DNA from: Deltaproteobacteria bacterium | GTDB taxonomy: Bacteria > Desulfobacterota > Desulfobacteria > Desulfobacterales > C00003060 | DNA length: 64,000 nt | Reading direction: 5' to 3' | Assembly (NCBI GenBank): GCA_003647275.1 | Contig: QMMN01000002.1 | Location: 21,726-85,725, forward strand | Shown here: positions 59,399-64,000 of the stretch, in pieces | How the letters are laid out: the number at the start of each line of letters is the position of its first letter | Numbering within the stretch: position 1 is the first letter of the stretch | Notes under the pieces: generated by a model | What the model saw: the letters and a program-made list of their open reading frames with translations, nothing else | Databases searched by the model: none | Told to the model about the DNA's origin: nothing | Translations under genes and position numbers: made by a program

Positions 59399-60251
59399 GA
59401 TCTCTTCCCCCTCGTAAGTTATCAAAACGCCTTGTTGCTTTTCCTCCTGTTGTGAGGTCGGCTCGAAGAGCCAGCCTAAGCAGGATTATCATTCCATCCC
59501 TTCCAGTCTGGGATGAGTATATTGCGCAGGCGTTCGGTTGGTAGCGTTTCGTTTGGGCACTTTATGAAACAGAGCAATATTTGTGCCTAGGATTATATAC
59601 GCATTATGGCAACACACAATCAGAGGATGGTTGGTTTCTAGTTCTTGCCAAAGGCGGACGGCTGTTGGTTGAACACTTGCTAACAAGGGTAGGCACTAAA
59701 CATAAATATCCACCAGGGTTCCTTTTTCAGAAGCAATGTCCCGGGGTAATCGTCGGGACCCCTGATTTTCGGGATTTTTCTCTGAGGTAGTTTCGTATCG
59801 GTCCCCAGGGATGGCAGTCCTTTGATAAGGCTTGGCAAGATATGTGCTGTTCTTTGTAAAAGGAACAATCGCTAGATTTTTGGTGGGATTCACTTCCATA
59901 GCTGGGTACCCCCCCTCTTTAAAGGTGTAAGGCTTTGGGCGCAAGGCTCACGGTTGTCTGTTTTTCTCTTACGGCGTTTGCCGTGCGCACAATGTCCAGC
60001 GCTTTTGAGATCTCTTAAGAGATGAGTACTGCTCCCGCATGATTTTAGTGCATTATTTTTACTTACATTATAAATGTATTTATAGAAAGTCAAGCCTTTT
60101 TGTCTCAGGTCGCATGGATATGGGAAATATTTTCCTCCTCAGCCTTAATCATGGAAAAACTTTCTATTTAAGGAGGGCCCCAAATGCTTCTTGCTGGGCA
60201 TCATTTTTACAACCTGATGTATTCATTGAAAATAAATAAAATCACCTTTTC

Positions 60252-60267
60252 TGGCATGCTCATTGCT
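60252..60267 (+). promoter_or_regulatory. Sigma-54 promoter candidate for fliK-flgD-flgE
   Basis: TGGCATGCTCATTGCT has GG at 60253-60254 and GC at 60265-60266. It lies about 50 bp upstream of ATG 60318. Confidence 0.65.
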
Positions 60268-60317
60268 CACAAGATGTGCAGCAGTCACAAAAAACAGGAC
60301 GATACAATGAGGAAACC

Positions 60318-61928
60318 ATGAGTCTGCATTCGATGAAACTTGGGCTTATCTTGAAAAACCTGAAAGTTGAACCGTCTCAGGGCAATGCTACAGGGTCGGT
60401 AAATTCTGGGGGACTATTTTCAAGGCTCTTGGAACAGACGATGAAGTCTGCTAGGGGACTTCTTTCGCCTGCAGCCCGCAAAGGAGCGAAGGCAGGAGGA
60501 ACCGACCGGGGATGGCTTGAGCATTTTAGAAATCGATTAATGTCCTTGGGTATTCCCCTTAAAGATATGTCATTATCCAGCGATGCCTTCCCTGATTTAA
60601 AAAAGCTCCTGATGGGGCAAGGATATTCAGAATCAGAGATTAACAGTTTTCTCAAAAAACTGCTTCACGGGAAACCATGGCCTGAGATTAAGGTTACCGA
60701 ACTTCTTGAAAAACTCTCTGAGCTAAAGGCGTTGTCCAAAAAGAAATCCCCGGATCCTGCCATAGAGGTGTCGGCCGTAGCCTATATAGAAGCTTCACTG
60801 CACCGCCTCGGCCTGGATGTCCAGGAGGTAAACAGGGCAATAGCTCAGGCAAGGGCGCGCGCGGGGCAGGTTAACCTGGAAAGTTTGATCCAAAATCTGA
60901 AAGGCATTCTCAGGGGTTTACCTGAGGGAAAACAGCTAAAAGCTGACGGGAAAGCCGCCGAGGATATAAAGGGCATGCTGGCTCGCATAGGGATGATTAA
61001 TAAAGCGGGCGATGTCAATGGCCCCATCTCTTTGGAACGATTTATCCAGATACTCGAACAAAGGATGGCCAGCATGATGCCCGGCCGTCTGTCAGACACA
61101 CAGATCGAAAATCGCGTAGACCGTCTCATGGACAACGTGTTGGTGGCCTCAGGACAAGACGAGACAAAATCCAGTGTTCGGCCCCTTTATGGCGGTAAAC
61201 TTAAGGGCCTCCCCGGTGATGACTTAAAGGCGAATCAGGCACATAAACAAATAGGGAAGGGGGAGGACCCAGCACTTCAAGTAAAAAGGCCAGCAACTGA
61301 GGTGAAGGGGACTGCTGAATTTCAGACAAAAAAAGAGAAAGAGGCATTCTTCCCTAAAATGGAAAAGCTGGTCGAAGCCATAGAAGGGGCACGTGGAAAG
61401 AAGGCGGTTGATCAGGATAAAGGGACCTTGCTACATGGGGTCAGAGAGGCGATCATGGATCGGGTGCCTGTGATGAAGGAGGGAGGCAGGCCCATTCCCG
61501 TTTACGTGGCTAACCAGGTTGCAAGACAGATCTCGCTTTCCCTCCAAAGGGGAGAAAATCACATCAGGCTTCAATTAAAGCCCCCTCAGCTTGGGTCCAT
61601 TCAAATTGACATGGATATGAAGGATAGCGTGCTAAAGATTGGAATAACCACTGAACTTCATTCAGTCAAGGAATTCTTGACAACCAGTATCCATGAACTC
61701 AGAGACACCTTGGTACAGCAGGGCGTAAAGCTTGAGAGAGTAGATATTCAGGTTAGCTATAATCTTGACCAGTCTATGGCCCATACCCAAAGGGACCTCA
61801 AACATGCACACTCCGGGAGGCGTAGTTCGGCGACTGCATCTGCTATTTCGTCAAGTGAGGCGGACAGCAAGGAGGATGCGTCGTTGGCCAATATCCGGAG
61901 CAATGCCTTATTGGATATGTTTGCGTGA
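60318..61928 (+). CDS. fliK: Flagellar hook-length control protein FliK
   Basis: C-terminal Flg_hook domain: IRLQLKPPQLGSIQIDMDMKDSVLKIGITTELHSVKEFLTTSIHELRDTLVQQGVKLERVDIQV. ATG 60318 (RBS GAGGAAA) is preferred over GTG 60276. Confidence 0.8.
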   Translation: MSLHSMKLGLILKNLKVEPSQGNATGSVNSGGLFSRLLEQTMKSARGLLSPAARKGAKAGGTDRGWLEHFRNRLMSLGIPLKDMSLSSDAFPDLKKLLMGQGYSESEINSFLKKLLHGKPWPEIKVTELLEKLSELKALSKKKSPDPAIEVSAVAYIEASLHRLGLDVQEVNRAIAQARARAGQVNLESLIQNLKGILRGLPEGKQLKADGKAAEDIKGMLARIGMINKAGDVNGPISLERFIQILEQRMASMMPGRLSDTQIENRVDRLMDNVLVASGQDETKSSVRPLYGGKLKGLPGDDLKANQAHKQIGKGEDPALQVKRPATEVKGTAEFQTKKEKEAFFPKMEKLVEAIEGARGKKAVDQDKGTLLHGVREAIMDRVPVMKEGGRPIPVYVANQVARQISLSLQRGENHIRLQLKPPQLGSIQIDMDMKDSVLKIGITTELHSVKEFLTTSIHELRDTLVQQGVKLERVDIQVSYNLDQSMAHTQRDLKHAHSGRRSSATASAISSSEADSKEDASLANIRSNALLDMFA

Positions 61929-61939
61929 ACAAAGTTGCC

Positions 61940-61988
61940 AATAACCAGTAACGAGTAACCAATGACCAATGACAAACGACAGATAACG
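61940..61988 (+). repeat. Tandem heptamer array (7 units: AATAACC AGTAACG AGTAACC AATGACC AATGACA AACGACA GATAACG) in the fliK-flgD spacer
   Basis: An exact 7-nt period over 49 nt that ends at the flgD RBS (aaaggga). Confidence 0.85.
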
Positions 61989-62002
61989 AAAGGGATAAGA
62001 CC

Positions 62003-62680
62003 ATGTCTATAGCAGCGCTTGGACCAACCTATATCAGTGAGGATGAGACGACACGTTATACCAGCCCGAAAGATGTCTTGGGTCGAGATCAATTCCTGAC
62101 CCTGCTGGTAGCCCAGCTTCAACATCAAGATCCCTTAAACCCCCTGGAAAGCACGGAGTTTACCGCGCAACTGGCCCAGTTCTCCAGCCTTGAACAGTTG
62201 TTTTCGATAAACGAGAACCTGATGAATATTCAAGAAGGGATCCGCTCACAGGAATACGGGGATATCCTTGGCTATATCGGGAAGACAGTAAAGACAACGG
62301 ATAATACGATTCAAGTAAGCAATGGCACAATGGAATCAGGCTCCTATACCCTGGAGGATCGGGCCGATGTGGCCGTTTTTATATACGATAGCGACGGCAT
62401 GGAGGTCCGAAGGCTCTATCCGGGCTGGCAGGATCCTGGTGAGCATGCGCTCGCCTGGGACGGCAAAGACAATACAGGCGACAAGGTGGCGGATGGCACT
62501 TACACCTTTGAGATCGAAGCTCGGAATGAAAGAGGTGCCATTGTTCCTTACAGCACTTATTTAACGGGAGAGGTTACGGGTGTGACCTATCAAGGCGGTA
62601 TCCCCTATCTGATGATCGGGGATCAGTTGGTGACACCTGAAAACATTGTAGAGGTTACGAAAACAGTGGCAGGGCAGTAA
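62003..62680 (+). CDS. flgD: Flagellar hook assembly (capping) protein FlgD
   Basis: LGRDQFLTLLVAQLQHQDPLNPLESTEFTAQLAQFSSLEQL. FlgD Ig-like part: HALAWDGKDNTGDKVADGTYTFEI. Confidence 0.9.
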   Translation: MSIAALGPTYISEDETTRYTSPKDVLGRDQFLTLLVAQLQHQDPLNPLESTEFTAQLAQFSSLEQLFSINENLMNIQEGIRSQEYGDILGYIGKTVKTTDNTIQVSNGTMESGSYTLEDRADVAVFIYDSDGMEVRRLYPGWQDPGEHALAWDGKDNTGDKVADGTYTFEIEARNERGAIVPYSTYLTGEVTGVTYQGGIPYLMIGDQLVTPENIVEVTKTVAGQ

Positions 62681-62690
62681 CCAACAGGAA

Positions 62691-62726
62691 GTGCCTAAAG
62701 TGCCTAAAGTGTCTAAAATGCCTAAA
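62691..62726 (+). repeat. Tandem 9-mer array (GTGCCTAAA x4, slightly degenerate) in the flgD-flgE spacer
   Basis: gtgcctaaa gtgcctaaa gtgtctaaa atgcctaaa. Confidence 0.85.
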
Positions 62727-62740
62727 ATTACAAACTCAAA

Positions 62741-62768
62741 TGACTAGTGACCAATGACCAATGACCAG
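62741..62768 (+). repeat. Tandem heptamer array (TGACYAR x4) in the flgD-flgE spacer
   Basis: tgactag tgaccaa tgaccaa tgaccag, ending 10 nt before the flgE RBS (aaagggggga). Confidence 0.85.
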
Positions 62769-62787
62769 ATAAAAGGGGGGAGATAAA

Positions 62788-64000
62788 ATGTCACTATCAA
62801 GTTCACTCTTTTCAGGCATCAGTGGCCTAAATACCCTTGGCAATGCCATGACGGTCATCGGTGACAATATCGCCAACGTCAACACAGTGGGGTTTAAGGC
62901 AAGCCGGGTCACCTTTCAGGATGTCCTGAGCCAGACCGTGGCCACTACAGCCGGCACGGCCCAGGTCGGACGCGGTACATCCCTTGCGGATATTAGCAGC
63001 AGTTTTGCTCAGGGCTCGTTTGAATCCACGGATTCGACCACAGACCTGGCCATCGGTGGAACGGGTTTCTTTGTGGTTCGAGATCCTTCTGCTGAAGAGG
63101 AGGAATACTATACCCGATCCGGGGAATTTCGATTTGACAAAGATGGCTACTTTACCAACCCGGCCGGCTATATTGTTCGGGGATGGGCACTCGACGAGGA
63201 CACAGGTGAAGATGTGGGATCGATTACGGACATCAAACTCCAATCCTTTACATCATCGCCCAAGGAAACTGACAAGATAACCGTGATCACGAACCTTGAT
63301 GCTGATGCCACCAGTAAGTCGGCAGTCCTTGCCTCTGCATGGGATGGTGCCGATGGCGACGATGAATACATTGGTGACAACGAGTACGAGTATCAAACGA
63401 CCCTCAAGGTCTATGATTCTCTGGGAAGCACCCATGACATCACCATCTATTATGATAAGGGTAGCGCTACATCAACGTATGAGTACATCGTCACCTGTAA
63501 TCCTGATGAAGATAAAAGGTCGGGTATAGATAGTACTCAGTCCGGTGTTGGCATGTTGGGCAAAGGCACCATTACCTTTAATCAGGCATCCGGGTCAATT
63601 TCTGATATCGATTTTTCAGCTTTTGATGCGACAAACACGACGACGGTCATAAACGCTGTGGTCAAAGGGACATGGAGCGGGACATCAGACCCGGTCTCCG
63701 GCGGAACCTATGCCTCAGGGACCAAATCACGCACTTATACTTTCACCGTAACCACTGCAGGGACTGTAGATGATGGTTCAAACGTGGTGCATTGGGATGA
63801 TGGCGAAGGAAATTCTGGGGATATAAGTGCGGACGGATCTGCTCAGGCGATCGGATCCTTGGGGCTGACGGTCGATTTTGGTTCTACAGGCGACACGCTT
63901 GTTTTAAACGACACCTTCACGGTAACCTGCTATGGCGACAATGACGTTCGAAACACCAACTGCTGGGTCGCAAAAAGCGAAGCCACTGACCTGACCAACG
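62788..64000 (+). CDS. flgE: Flagellar hook protein FlgE (5' part; ORF runs off the 3' window edge)
   Basis: This ORF is not in the ORF track because it has no stop. My hand translation from ATG 62788 stays open to base 64000. It reads MSLSSSLFSGISGLNTLGNAMTVIGDNIANVNTVGFKASRVTFQDVLSQ...GGTGFFVV...YYTRSGEFRFDKDGYFTNPAGYIVRGW. Confidence 0.9.
   Translation, partial: MSLSSSLFSGISGLNTLGNAMTVIGDNIANVNTVGFKASRVTFQDVLSQTVATTAGTAQVGRGTSLADISSSFAQGSFESTDSTTDLAIGGTGFFVVRDPSAEEEEYYTRSGEFRFDKDGYFTNPAGYIVRGWALDEDTGEDVGSITDIKLQSFTSSPKETDKITVITNLDADATSKSAVLASAWDGADGDDEYIGDNEYEYQTTLKVYDSLGSTHDITIYYDKGSATSTYEYIVTCNPDEDKRSGIDSTQSGVGMLGKGTITFNQASGSISDIDFSAFDATNTTTVINAVVKGTWSGTSDPVSGGTYASGTKSRTYTFTVTTAGTVDDGSNVVHWDDGEGNSGDISADGSAQAIGSLGLTVDFGSTGDTLVLNDTFTVTCYGDNDVRNTNCWVAKSEATDLTN

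Noticed and set aside
59489-59944. Two minus-strand ORFs in the same frame separated by a TAG, considered as a pseudogene or read-through gene in the ylxF-fliK gap.
   Set aside because: There are no recognisable motifs. The composition is odd (Cys- and His-rich, low-complexity). The first ORF has a TTG start and no RBS, and other small ORFs overlap both. The region is treated as non-coding, but it is flagged in a finding for blastx.
52863-62768. Whether the intergenic tandem arrays are a CRISPR array.
   Set aside because: The units are only 7-12 nt and directly abut each other with no unique spacers. No cas genes are present. These are microsatellite-like tandem repeats, not CRISPR.

Overview
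This window looks like a contiguous bacterial chromosome segment devoted to flagellar motility, with no rRNA, tRNA, CRISPR array, transposase or integrase that I could recognise. All protein calls come from motifs read by eye, because no BLAST or HMM search could be run.

The window has three parts:
- Bases 1-26118 are a roughly 26 kb glycosylation island ending directly upstream of the only flagellin gene. It contains a SAM methyltransferase, a Maf (DUF115) protein, a sugar-phosphate nucleotidyltransferase and a B12-binding radical SAM enzyme. It also holds at least 13 glycosyltransferase (GT) catalytic domains, many fused into giant proteins: GT9-GT2-GT4-TPR (1416 aa), GT4-CgeB-like-sulfotransferase (991 aa) and deacetylase-like-GT4-GT2-TPR (1068 aa). 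Three GT2-TPR paralogues and two decayed sugar-nucleotide gene remnants complete it.
- Bases 26.2-44.9 kb carry the filament, signalling and chemotaxis genes. The filament block is fliC (textbook sigma-28 promoter, long leader with CsrA-type GGA hairpin), an unusually large 1178-aa fliD with a triplicated internal domain, fliS, a FlgN/FliT-like gene and flaG. It runs without a break into a c-di-GMP and two-component module (REC-SHOCT, REC-HD-GYP, PilZ, histidine kinase). The chemotaxis genes that follow are cheB, an HTH-PAS gene, cheW, cheA, cheR, cheX and cheY.
- Bases 45.4-64.0 kb carry two NtrC-type sigma-54 activators flanking a secreted TPR protein. After them comes a Bacillus-style core operon: flgB-flgC-fliE-fliF-fliG-fliH-fliI-fliJ-ylxF/motE-like, then fliK-flgD-flgE (3' partial). 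This operon is interrupted by an opposite-strand gene plus about 0.9 kb of non-coding DNA.

Four structures are not explained by the genes:
- Seven GG-N10-GC sigma-54 promoter candidates, one of them in front of the glycosylation genes.
- Two dispersed repeat families.
- A recurrent set of 7-12 nt tandem arrays sitting exactly in flagellar intergenic spacers.
- A large dyad in the fliH-fliI spacer.

The fla-operon gene order combined with sigma-54 control suggests a Desulfobacterota-like organism, but that is only a guess.
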